A DNA stretch of 33,940 bases from the NCBI GenBank assembly GCA_020536535.1, contig JAHLWZ010000981.1, positions 1 through 33,940 on the forward strand, read 5' to 3'. The first letter of the stretch is position 1, and every line of letters starts with the position of its first letter. This DNA comes from Pelomyxa schiedti (lineage: Eukaryota > Protista > Evosea). Below are positions 1 through 12,026 of the stretch, in pieces. The notes under the pieces are model-generated. The model was not told the origin of the DNA. It made no database searches and saw only the letters and a list, made by a program, of their open reading frames with translations. A program made the position numbers and the translations under genes.

Positions 1-11
1 GTACTCACCAT
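1..11 (-). CDS. Possible first micro-exon (ATG followed directly by a splice donor) of a gene running off the left edge
   Basis: Minus strand reads ...ctgttaa ATG|GTGAGTAC, a perfect GTGAGT donor directly after ATG. The product cannot be determined. Confidence 0.3.
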
Positions 12-362
12 TTAACAGAATTGATGGTGCGATTGGGATGCTCACTGGGAGTGCAGCGCGGGAGCGTGGGCGATTGTATGCTCGCTGGGCATGTGGGAGC
101 GTGGGAGCGTGGGAGCAGTGGGTGGGCGGGTTGTTTTTACACCACAAGAAAAAAAATATTTTTTTTAATTGAATCATTTCTTCCTTTCTGTCCTGTTTCC
201 GAACTGAGTGATTCAGCTGGGAACCAGCACAACCAAAAAACCATTTTTTTTTTGTCAGCTGGCATTTCCAGCGCCAGCTGGAACTTCCAGAACGGAAACT
301 TTTGTTTTATCGCCAGCTTTCGATTTATCAAAAGCTGTTGCGTGAAGCCGATTTCTGCCAGA

Positions 363-1150
363 TGGATGAGAAAACGCTGATTAATGATTTTTAGGGTAAG
401 TCTATTCGAATTGGACCCTTTTTCTCCATTCCCCACGGACTCAACAGTGGACGCTATGGTGGTCTTATTGACCCTGCTGTTCAGGCTGAAGGTCAGCAGT
501 GTAAAAAGCAACCATACACTGATGTTGTCTTATTGCTTGTTTCTGAAGTCATGGAGTGTTTACAAGCTTCTCCTCCTGCTCCATGCTTTTCTCTGCTGTA
601 CTTTTGGAGTAGCTAAGCTATGATGAGTGTTGTTTCTGGTGCACTCTCAGTCCTGGGCATGACTCAGCAGAAGTTGTTTTCAAGATTATCTGGGAGGTGA
701 TTCTTTCTTTGCTGAACTTCAAGTATTGTGACTGAGAGGTGTTGTTGCCCTCTTATGGCAGTGTTGTTGGGTGTACCCTTCTGTTTCGCAATAAACTCCC
801 TCACAAGGAGTCATCCAAGATTCTTGCTGTTTCGGTTTGTTTAGAACCATTGTGGGAATTCAGGAATTCGATAAGCAGTGGTCTTGTCTGAGAAACCAAA
901 GGTGTTTCACCTTCTGGACATCCAGGGTTTGCAACCTCTGTGTCAAATCGCTTCTTAAAAGAATCATGGCTGAAGTGGAGCTTGGGATGTGACCAACAAT
1001 GTGCAGGAGTGTGTGAGCCAGTCAGCCATTTGGTGGTCTGTGCTCTTCAACGATTTTCTTGAACATCAGTTGAAGCTGTACCATCAGAAGGAGATGTGGG
1101 GAATTTGATTGCCGACTTCAAGGCAATGTCTTCGACGTTGACAACCCTGC
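363..1150 (+). pseudogene. Possible degraded protein-coding remnant
   Basis: ATG at 363 and a canonical intron gtaagt...caacag (~396-448), followed by coding-like stretches (GGRYGGLIDPAVQAEGQQCKKQPYTDVVLLLVSEVMECL...) broken by stops and frameshifts. No family recognised. Confidence 0.25.
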
Positions 1151-1487
1151 AAAAAAGATTGCCTTACGGTGCTGTTACGTCCGTATTCCAGTTCCCCGCT
1201 TATTCTTTGAAGTGGCTGAAAATAATCAACAGACCGGAACGCTCTCATTTTCGTTGTTTTTTTTGTTCAGCCAAGTCGGTTCTGTTGATTCTGTTGGAGA
1301 AACGCAGAAGCACAACCACCCCGGGTCTTTTTTTTTTTTGTTTTTTTAACACAGCCAAATGGGCGCGGGGCGTGTCAGCACTAAATTGGCGCCCCGACAC
1401 TCATTTTTTGTAAAGACAAAGGGGGACTTGTAAACAAACAACACACGGCAACAGCACCAAGGCTCACCGTAATCGTAATTTGAGGGC

Positions 1488-2570
1488 ATGGAAAAGAGGT
1501 ACGGTGGTTGGCGGGCTTCAGACATCGATCCGGGTGTTCTAGGCAATGAGATCTACGTGGGCGGTTTGCTGCCGCACTTCACCGCCAATGACGTGGAACG
1601 ATGTTTTCATACTGCTGGGTTCAGGCAATAACCCGTGCCACTAAAAACGGAACGCGTGCCTCGCTTTCTTGGGGTGGTTGTACTCGTTAAATAAAACGGG
1701 CTGAATACGTTATTAACACTCTATTATTGACTCCAATTCCACAAAAGAGGAGTGACCGCGTTCCCACCGATTCCATGCACCGATAACCATGGCACGTTCC
1801 GTTGTAAGCTCCAATTCAACTCATGTGCTGAAGCAAAGTCAGCGTTAGTCAGAGACGATTTCTTCATTAAGCAGAGCACCTGCTCTTGGCACCTCACACT
1901 CAAACCGAAGCCTTGCGTACGCGCCATCCTCGCCAGAATGACGCCGCCTTCGCAGCATCACCGTCAACACCATCAGCAGCCCCAGCACTGCCCCTCGTTC
2001 CAACCACAACCGCCGCCTTCGCATCAAAACCTGCCATTTCAGGACGGGCAGCGCTTCCAGAATGCCCAAGTCCCCCCCCAGCCTAATGCACGTCAAACCC
2101 AGTTCCAGCAGAGTGCAACCAAATCCCAACCGACTTGGCAGCAGCAGTGGCGGCAGTGGCAGCAACAGTGGGAACAGTGGTGCCAGGACCATCACACATC
2201 CCAGTCTGGTTCCTGTGCCTTCCAACAGCAGCCTCAGTCAACCGCATCGTATCCAGTGTCTCTGCTGCCCAGGAACACCTTGAACAGATGGTCCGAATAC
2301 CAACAAGTTAGGGAGTGCGATGGGGTCCCAAAGTTCAACAATGCCGTGGCTCAGGCTCAGGCTCAAGCAAAGCAGGGCCCAGGCTGCTCCGACCCCCCCA
2401 GTTCAAGTGCAGCCAACACACCAACACCAAATCCAGAACTGGCACCAACAACGGCAGCAATACCAAGACAAACAGACCCAAAAACGAAGGTCCAAACAAC
2501 AACAACAACAACCCCAAGCACGGCCACATTACCAGCAGCGCCATATCCAACAACCACAACAACCTCGTAA
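1488..2570 (+). CDS. RRM-domain RNA-binding protein with Q/P-rich low-complexity C-terminus
   Basis: ATG 1488, exon 1 MEKRYGG...NEIYVGGLLPHFTANDVERCF (RNP2-like IYVGGL). A GC-AG intron at 1625-1747 joins in frame to the 1752-2570 ORF (CKLQFNSCAEAKSAL). The true 3' end may be 2622 (see findings). Confidence 0.7.
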
Positions 2571-2765
2571 CTGGCAACTACAAGTCACTCGCTTCCATCA
2601 AGTAAGCAACCACAACAACTAAAAAAATGTGTACCCTTCCTGTATTAATTTTTTTTTCCCCTCTTTCGTTTTTGGTTGGGAATTGGCAACTTGCTGTACT
2701 TCATGATTTGGGTGGCATCAGCTTGTAGTGTTGATGTTCTCCAAGTCAAGAAATTTGCAAGCAGC

Positions 2766-3400
2766 ATGACCGAATTGCTCACTGACGTTCAACAGCAACA
2801 GCAACAGCAACGTGTGCCACGCATTCCCTCATCACTATCATCGCAGCCGTTGCTGTATGTTCCACCACCGCGCTACCAGCAAGCTGCAGCAACAACCTGC
2901 TGCCGCTGTCCCACAATGGCGCTGTGCCAGGGCAGCACACTATTAGAGAGGACTAATCACTATCCGCCGGCTACTACTCCTAATATAATATAATAAGTTC
3001 AGGCCTGACATTCATTTATGTGATTCAGAAGGCCAGCTGTTGTTCATGCCATGTCAATCAAGCAAACATTATCTCCAGTGCAATTATGGCTTCTTTATGT
3101 GCTTGTCAGTTTCAATCATGCGATGTGTGCTGGTTTGTCTCATTCTGCCATTTTGGAACGAAATCCCATCATTTGGGTGTTTGAGTGGCACGCGGTTTTT
3201 CACTTCAAGGCAATCCTTGGGAAATGGAGGATGTTGGTTGATATGGGGATTTCACCATTCTCCAATTCGACTGATACTGGCCTGCCCGCCTTTTTTGCAA
3301 ATTGAAAGGTTCAGTCATCTCGAGTCTCCCTTTAGAACTGTAACATGTAGCCAGGCCTTGGTGCTGAGTTTGCTCTGCACGTGGTCTGCCTTGACTTTGT
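2766..3400 (+). pseudogene. Fragmented hypothetical gene (polyQ N-terminus, then broken frames)
   Basis: MTELLTDVQQQQQQQ... stops at 2993. Short overlapping coding-like ORFs follow at 3040-3402, with no consistent splice solution found. Confidence 0.25.
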
Positions 3401-3605
3401 AATGTAGGTCATGAAGTGTGTCACATTAGTGGAATCAACTTCCGCATCGTTTTGGTATGTTACTGCAACGTACCGGATCTTTGAATGCCACCACCAAACA
3501 TGAGATGCAACGTATGTCACTTATTTAAGACACAAAAGACCCAATTTTTGTTTCGAGCCTTTGCAGCAGGTTGTATAAAGGCATAAGGAGGGTAAAAATG
3601 CATCC

Positions 3606-4382
3606 TTAAAAGACAAACTGGGAAATGATTACAAAGAGCCCCAAAATGATGAGAAGGCTGTGGAGGGCTGCAGACCACTTCTTGAATCTCTTTTCTTTCC
3701 ATTCTCTCATCAAGTAAACCGAAACTGGCAGCAGGAACAAGTAGAACTAAGTCGTGATTAGAGATAAGCTAAAGAGCGAAATTGCATACGAAACCACAAA
3801 CTGCACCAGTATATCTTAACACATCCCCGACTTGGGGGTAGAACACCGCCAATAGATACCCAGCAGCAAGTACAACAAATGAGTACGCCACCACTAGTAG
3901 TATCCCTGGCCATTCCCGCTTCATCACAAAGCGGAATATCTGCCCCCTCATCAACGCGGAAACGAGCGGGAAAATTGATGCCATTTGTAGAACCACTGCT
4001 GCACGTGCTGTCATTCCATATATATCTGTGGCTGGGAAGTAGTCAAGAAAGTCCTGGTACCCTGCAATTATGTCACCAAAGGCAAGGTAACCAACCAGGC
4101 CCACAATGGTGTAGCTCAGTCCTCCCAAACAAAAGCCAATTGCCACATCACGGCGCGCATGTGCTGGATTGGCTTTCGTGGCAACGTTCAGCACGAAATT
4201 GTGAACAAAGAAGGATAGGGACAGAATTCCAGCCAAATATAAAGCACGCTCAGCAATAGGTGTGTAGTGAGGATCAGGTTGCCAGTTGAGGCCACTGCTA
4301 ATGATCATAAAAGTGATGACATAGAGTACCCACACCTGAAATAAGTTAGACCACAGGTTTAGGTATTTGGTTTTTTTTTTTT

Positions 4383-4415
<33 letters not shown>

Positions 4416-5271
4416 GTTGTTTTTTGGTTTATGTCCTCACAATTCCAATGCTGTTGATCTTTACGAAAACTGACCATTGCTTGAGAAGTAAACAGGGAAG
4501 CATGCACACAAAGACATAGAAGGGGACAGAGTATTTTCCCCAGTATTTCGCAGGATCAAATTCACCAGTGATTGATGTCACGATCCCAATGACAAGGGTG
4601 TTAAGGTTCGTTGACATAAGAATGAAATAAATAACGCAAGCTCCGAACAGCACCATGATAGATCCCGCCCACGCCACAATCTTCCCTGGGAGGCCCAGGT
4701 ACTGCTCACAAACGTCGATGAAATCAATGCTGCCTTTTCCCACATTCATAACCAGCATGGCTGTATACAACGTACAAGAGCCCATCACTACCACCACCAG
4801 CAGACCTCCCCATATCCCAGACTGACTGAAACCCCACGGCATTGACAGCAGCGCCGTTCCCATCATTGTGTTCCACACGGAGAATATCGTCAAGAAAGAT
4901 GATTGGTACTTCTTCGGCTGGTCCTTGACCAGCGCCTCCTCATCGTTGATGATGTTTCCGTAACCTCCCGCCTCCTTTTTGATCTCCGGCGGCGATGATG
5001 ACGTTGACGCATACTCGCGAGCACCGTGTGTGTCGGAGAATAGCGGTGTTTTTACGTTGTCGGCATCGGTCGACGATGAGGAGGAAGTGTCATCACTGTA
5101 GACGCCTGGAGATGTGCCTGCTTCGTAGTCCTGCCTGTTTGTCGTCAACCTTGTCTGTGGGGACGGTGGCGGAGGTGGCTTAGATCTTGCAGCATCACTG
5201 TCCGGGTCCTCGTAGTACTCGCTGTTGTCATTGACCACGTAGTCAACGTCCGTGGCGTTTATCGATGACAT
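3606..5271 (-). CDS. SLC38A9: SLC38A9-like amino acid transporter (AAAP/Aa_trans family), 3 exons
   Basis: TM1 signature TIFSVWNTMMGTALLSMPWG, plus LRYTGAVCG and C-terminal LHSLLIILGLFVIISQF. Introns at 4336-4440 (GTGAGG..TTTCAG) and ~3749-3789 (GTATGC..CTTAG). TAA at 3606-3608. Long acidic cytosolic N-tail. Confidence 0.9.
4370..4425. repeat. Poly-T plus (GTT)n microsatellite inside SLC38A9 intron 1
   Basis: Direct reading: T-run followed by about 10 GTT units. Confidence 0.9.
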
Positions 5272-5488
5272 GAGTGACGAGTGATCGGCAGATGCAATAA
5301 TTTATAGAATAATGAGGAATTCTGTTTCGAAAAGGAAGCCTAAATCGCTCGCAGGGGAGTAGTGCCAAGTAACAATCGGTTCCAGAGTCGTTGTTCTGAT
5401 TCCCCTCTCTGGTGTCTGAGGCCTGAGATTGTCTCCGAAGAATTCGTCTCACTGGTTGTTGTGGGGAATTCATCAATCTCGGCGGAAA
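5272..5488. promoter_or_regulatory. Putative bidirectional promoter (217 bp) between the SLC38A9-like and GH38 genes
   Basis: Divergent ATGs at 5271 (-) and 5489 (+), with an AT-rich element (taatttatagaataat) near 5300. Confidence 0.5.
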
Positions 5489-8400
5489 ATGGGAAAGGGC
5501 ACGAGAGTGAGGCTCGTAGCAGTGCTTACAGTTGTGTGCATTATAGGACTTATGGGAATCGGCCAACTTTTTTCCAACGTGCAGGCTGGTCCCATCCACG
5601 TTCACATCGTAAGTACCCTTTTCGTATTTTTTTTCGAAAAAAGGTGTTTTAAAACATACAACAAATAACTCCTGGGTGTTACTTTATTTTTCCCACCATG
5701 TAGATACCCCACTCTCATTGTGACCCTGGGTGGCTGGAAACATTTGAGGGTTATTCACCTGCTGTCAGAAGAATATTGAGTGGAGTTACTAGTGCACTGG
5801 CTTCGAATCCCTCTCGTCGCTTTGTTTGGGCTGAAACGTAAGTGTTGATCAATGAATGGCTTTTGAGCTTCCTTGTGCTTATGAAAACCCAGATCTTTCT
5901 TCCATGCATGGTTCAAAATTCAGAACGAGGACACACAACAAAAAATACGACAACTTATTAATAGTGGTCAATTTGAATTTGTGTCAGGTTTCATTGTTGT
6001 TGTCCCTCTGTGTATTCACTCAGTTTTTTAGGAGGATGGGTTCAAAACGATGAAGCTACTTGCACTCCTGAAAACATCATTGATCAGATGACACAAGGGC
6101 ATAAATGTACTTTCTTTAAAACGGAATAACACAACTGAGTGAAACATAGACCTTTTCGAAAACTTTGGTGTTAAACCCAGAGTGGCCTGGCAAATAGGTA
6201 TTGCCCACCACTACTCCAACAGTACTGACACTGAAAGATCCATTTGGACACTCTTCAATTATCCCTTCACTTTACTCCGAGATGGGTTTTGATATGCTTG
6301 TTATAAACAGAATTCCAATTTCAAGCAAGGTAATCCAAAGCCATTACAGTCACAAAACCAAGACGTGAAAAGGAAAAACTAAGAAACCATCAAGAACTCG
6401 ATTTTTTGTGGGTTGGGTCCGCAGAAAAGAATCAGTCCACATTATTAACACATGTACTGTATAACCACTATTCCGCACCTGTTGGTTTGACCATTACTTT
6501 TTCACTTTTTTTTGTCACCTGCATTATAGGATTTGATTTTGAAGGCATGCGATCTGGTAATGCGAAATCAAGGGCCTCTTCCTTTGTATCCATCATGAAG
6601 GTAAAAAACCCCAATACGGGAAAGAATGACGATTATCCCCCAGCAACAAGCATCAGCATTCAAGTCAAATCACATCGCTGTGCCTTGGGGTGATGACTTT
6701 AAATTCCAAGATACAAACTCTCAGTTCAGTAATATGGATACCGTTATTGGTATGGCTTTCTGTGAACCAAATTTCTGTTCATTTTGAAAAGAGGAGGTCA
6801 ATTCGCAGTATAGTAGTGAAGTTCAAGTGTCTTATTCCACAATGACAGAATACATGCTGGCTCTGTTTTCGGAGAACATACAATTTCCAACATTCACTCA
6901 AGATTTTTTCCCCTACACTGACAATAATGACGATTATTGGACAGTGTGGAGCCAACTTTGTTTCCATGATCTTATCGTCTGACAGGGGTATTATTCCACC
7001 CGCCCTGATCTCAAGCTATTAGTAAGAAAAACTGGAGCAATAAAAAGGGCTGCCGATATCATTTATGCATTTGCCCACCTTGAAGCCGCTATTCATCCAA
7101 GTATGGCATCGAAGTGGTCCGAAACTTTCAACAAACTGAGAGACGCAACAAGGGTAGGAGTTTTACTTTTTTTTTTGGCTTTTTAACTTAGTATATTTTT
7201 CGGTTGTCAGTTACTATCGTTAGTTCAACACCATGGTATCCTTGGATCTATGTTTTTTTTTTTTTCTAACTTATGGAAAGATGCCATTACTGGTACATCA
7301 CGAAGTAAGGTTGTTAGCAGCTATTTTGAAAACCTCCGTAGTGCCTCTTCTGGGTTTGCTGAAGTAAAAATGCTTTGAAATAAAAACGAAAATTAAGAAA
7401 CCAAACTAGATAGCTCAGTCACTTTTACCTATCCTTTTGGATGACGCCGAGTGTGGAGACACTGAAGGTAACATGCCTGTGTTCAATGGCCCGTGGAGAA
7501 TGCATGAAGCCTACTTCGATGGCGAGGAGGTAGTATTTGATGTTACTGATAGCACTGTCACAACGCCTCTTGTTCTGTACAATACACTGGCCTGGGAGAG
7601 ATTGGAATGTGTTAGCATCATCACCAAAAATGAAAATATTTTAATACAAGATGACCTTGGGAACCCAATCCTGGCTCAGGTAACCTCACTTCCGCAAGTG
7701 TACAACCTATAAACTATTCTTTAGATTGTCCCCCTGGCCACTGCAACCGCCAATTCGAAAGTTCGAGTCTATTTTACAGCACACATTCCTGCTCTTGGTT
7801 GCGCAACATACTTCGTTACAACACAAGCGACCCTTCCTGCTACTACCTTTGGATCACGTTTATCAGAAAGTATACTTAAAAAAGCAGGTAAAGTTCTTCT
7901 TTTGCATGTGTTTACTCCAATAAAACTTAGATACTGTTGATTTATCTGTGGAAAATGAGCTGCTGAAGCTTTCACTAACCTCAACTGGTTTGATTGATAC
8001 TATCACATTAAAATCTGAAAGCAAGCAAATCCCCATGAAACAAAGCGTATGATTCCGAACCATTGAACCGATTTCCCAATCCTCGCAGCTTTTAGAATAC
8101 CAAAATTCAAGAGGTGGAGCTTACATTTTTTCTCCCACAGGGGGTGCTGCTGACATTCCAGTCTAACTCCTTTTTGCATGGATTTCTTTAACCTATTTTT
8201 AAAGATCACCAAAAGTCTGGTGCGAGTTATAGAAGGCCCCGTAGTAAATATGGTGCATACCTTTGTGTATGAGGAAGAGGAGGTAGTTTTTGAGCAGCAG
8301 GCCAGGCTGTTTGCCGGCTTGACAGACTTGAGTAACGCTCTCCAAATCAGCCAAGTTGCACATGTTCGAAAGAATAAGGAGTTTGTAACCAGGTAAATTC

Positions 8401-10087
8401 TTTCTGTAAAATCTTCTTCTACCGGTATTATTTAGATTTAGCACTGGACTATCCTCACAGTTTTATACCGACAACGGAATTGAGTTGAGACCCCGCAATC
8501 TTAAAAGTAGCTCTGCTCCTACGAATTACTACCCAGTTGTTTATGCTGCTGCTTTGAGAGAAAAGTCCAGTAGTCGTCCCTTACAACTTGCTGTATGGCG
8601 GGGTGAGGATATACCTCATATTTTCACCTAACCTCTATGCCCAGTTTCTCCCTTCGCAGTCTGTTGGATTTGGGTACATTTCTGAAGGGTAGACGAATCA
8701 TCATCTTTCTTCCCCTAAACAAACACACAGTACCATTGAGTATGTGCTGCACCGGCATTCTTATCATGATGATGGTCGTGGGATGGCTGAAGGAAATAGT
8801 GACTCGACACCAGCTAACGTTCGAATGCTGATAATTCCCAGCCCGTGTGTTACTTCTAGTATGCTAAAATGAAGACTGAACACAAAAAGAATTGACAGCA
8901 TGGACTCCCCAATATTCCACAGGGCTCTCCAAAATACCAACCCTCTCTTGTGTGCAAGTTTTTAAGACTTTTTTTTCAATTAACCAATATTATTAGTTCC
9001 TTCACCTCGAGTACTGTTACTGAAATTGAGAACTATTCTGAATCTTATAAGACAACTTTTAACCCGCTCCGAGATCAACTTCCGGCGAATGTTCACCTAC
9101 TATCACTTCAACCTCTTCAAGAGGATTCTCTTGTAGTTGCCCTAAGGCTACAACACATTGGGGACCAATCCTCCTCAAAAGAGCTTCGATCCCCGGTAGA
9201 TTTATATATGAATTCTCTCTTTGAAGACCACAGAGTGCAACAAGTGCGGCGTACATCCTCAACACTCACCCGGAGTATGTCACTTCCGTTATGTTGGTCT
9301 TGATAACAACACCCACTCACAGATTATACTTCACTGCTCGAAAACCACCTTCGCTGGATGTCTTCCAAAAAAGCAATCTCGGCTACAAACAACGATCTAG
9401 CTTCTTGGTCACATTCCAAATGTATGTAAACATATTCCCGTTTCACCTCCCCACAATAATCTACGAAAAGATGAAACCACGCCTCTTGACACTGCAAGTG
9501 GTCTCGCATTGAGGCTGTATCCCCTTGAGATACACACCTACATCACTACCTTGGACGAAACATGTGAAGCCGAAACAACTGTGACAATCCCAACAACTAC
9601 CACCAATCCACAACCAGAACCAGACAAACAACCCACAACCACTCCAACACCAACACCAGCACAAGCAACAACAATAACAATAGTGGAACCTGCCACAAAA
9701 CAAACAGAGGACAGAGAACCAGAACAGGAAGAACCCCCCAAACAACCACCATTACAAAACAACATCCCACAAGTCACTCCCCCAACCCAACCTCCTCCTA
9801 ATCAGCAACAGCAACAGCAACAACAACAGGCCACCACGGGCACGGGCACGGGCACACCGAGCCGGGCATATACAGGACCAGGGGCCCACGGGCAGGCCCA
9901 GGCACAGCAGCAGGCGCCAGTGGGCAGGCTCTCGCCCCTGTTCATGCTGCTGCCCGTGCTCGCGGTGCTGTGCCTGGCCATGCTGTTCGTGTGCCCTGTG
10001 AGGGGCCGCCACTCGCCCTCCCCGCTGCTGCCCACCACCGCGGCCTCCCCGCGTAGCCGCAGCCCGATCTCAAAGCGCGCTGAGTGA
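5489..10087 (+). CDS. Glycoside hydrolase family 38 alpha-mannosidase with signal peptide, Thr/Pro-rich stalk and C-terminal TM helix; about 20 short introns
   Basis: Spliced motifs VHI|IPHSHCDPGWL, RRFVWAE, GGWVQNDEA, WQI|DPFGHS (catalytic nucleophile), PWGDDF, GYYSTRP, QHH|DAITGT, FYTDNG, NYYP, LHRHL-type motif, LPANVHLLSL, LRLQH. Last exon ends ...LFMLLPVLAVLCLAMLFVC...SKRAE*. Confidence 0.93.
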
Positions 10088-10228
10088 AGTCACCACCCAC
10101 ATTGATCGAACAACGGGAAGGAACAGAGAGTGGGTTTTTTTGAAGAAAAACCGTGCATGTTTCTATCAAGGAAATCTTCATCTATCTCGTGTCCCGCAAT
10201 TGCAAGTAGAAATTAAACGCAGACTGCC

Positions 10229-11610
10229 ATGAAGAGGAGACCCACACGACCGGCCACAATTTCGGGCGAGGAGGAGGTGGAAGATGGGGCAGATTCGGGT
10301 GTAGCAACGGCGCCGACTACGAAAAAATCGCGGGTGGACACAGCGGCGCCGAGCGGAAAATCCAAAAAAAAGGCGGCGAGGCCGAAGCCCCTGGTGACTT
10401 CAGTCCCCGAGGCCGACGACGACGACGGCGATGATTCGTCGGACATCACAATAGCAACTGCAACCAAAAGGGAGCTTTGTGTTGCTTCCTCTTCAACAGA
10501 GAACGCGAAATCGGCAGCCAAAAAGGGAGCCACGGCCGCGGTTTCAAAGAGTGCGAAAAATGAAGAAGAAGAGGAAGAGGAACAGGCGGAGCAGGAGGAA
10601 CAAGAGGAGCAGGAGGAGGAACAGGCGGAGGAACAGGCAGAGCCGGAGGAGCAAGAGCAGGTGTTGAGTCTAAAACCGGCGAGAGACTCGAAAACTGCCG
10701 CTGCTACTTCTACTTCTACTGCCGCCTCTGCTACTTCCAAGAGTGCACGTTCTGCACAGCCTGAAAAAAGTGCAACGAAGCCTGGGGGTAGTACTACCAC
10801 GTCTCCTCCTGCTGCACCTGCGCAACTTGGTGGGTTACCTCTTCACCAAGGAAGCTTGAGTGGTATTTTACCGCAATCGTCATTTCCTTCCTTTCTCAAA
10901 GTTTTGTAGGCTCACTTGTCCAGTCATCTACCAAAGTCTTCGTTGGCAATTTGTCCCTGAAAGTACAACCAGAAGACCTGGAAAAGATGTTTTCAAGTTG
11001 TGGTCCTAATGCTGGGATTCAATTTATCACAGATAAAAAGACCGGGAAGTTCTATGGGTGTGTGCCCATCTTTGAAAACCACCCTTTTAAATTTGTTAAG
11101 TCCTTGTGTAGAACTGCATTTGTACACTTCACCAACTCCCAATCTGCTCGCCGAGCTGTATCTCTAAATGGCCAAAAACTGCAAGGAAGACCCATAAAAA
11201 TTGAACTTGCACGCGAAGTTCCAATTCCCAGTTAGAATCTTCAGTGCAAGGCCTTGTTGAACTAACTCTTCCCTTTAGAAAGTAGCCCTATTCCTGGTGC
11301 CGTTACAGTGTTTGTGGGTTGCCTTCCTGCAAATATTACAGATGCAATGATAAAGAAAGTATTTTCTCCCTTTGGAGAAATCAAGGATGTAAGATTTTGC
11401 CATGACCCTGAAGGCACTTTCAAAGGGTATTGCATTCAATTCCAACTGCATAAGTAACTAACAATTTACAGTTGCGGCTTCATCGAGTTTGTTAACGAAG
11501 TTGGGGCAGCAGCAGCAGTGTCATGCACACCACCCCCCTCTATTCCCGGTACAAACATACCAATACCAGTCAAGTATGCCCACAGAGAATCTAAGGCTAA
11601 AAAATTCTAA
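10229..11610 (+). CDS. Nucleolin/Nsr1/RBM34-like protein: K-rich and acidic N-terminus plus two RRMs
   Basis: E-rich repeats. RRM1: KVFVGNLS...KFYG|TAFVHF...LNGQKLQGRPIKIE. RRM2: TVFVGCLPANIT...FKG|CGFIEF. Four GT-AG introns; TAA at 11608-11610. Confidence 0.85.
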
Positions 11611-12026
11611 GTTTTCACACCCACAATTCCTCTGTTGAACCCCTGGCTCCTCCCCCCTTTTTATTTCTATCTGGAACCACAAACAAAGCATCAGCCAAGG
11701 AACTAGGCTAAAGAACTTGCCCTGTTGTGTCCAAAGATGCAGATATTCCATGAGAATTGTTCTGGAATAACCAAACCCCAACAGAGTTGGGAGTTTGTAC
11801 CAGATCAATCCACAACCAGGAGAACTCCCATAACCCAGACTCTATTGTTTTGTCTCCACAGAAAACAGAACGAAAAACAATACCCGATTTCGAACAACAG
11901 GATGAAATTTCTCGGCTGCTGAAGGTTTTCTACCGCGTGTGCAAAAAACGCCCAACGAACGAACACACAAAAACTGACTTCAGAAAAAATCTTTTTTATT
12001 GTTTGGGATTCTTTACACTACACAAA

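Noticed and set aside
10560-10660. GAGGAACAGGCG-type repeats as a CRISPR or satellite array
   Set aside because: They are in-frame Glu/Gln/Ala coding repeats with no spacers.
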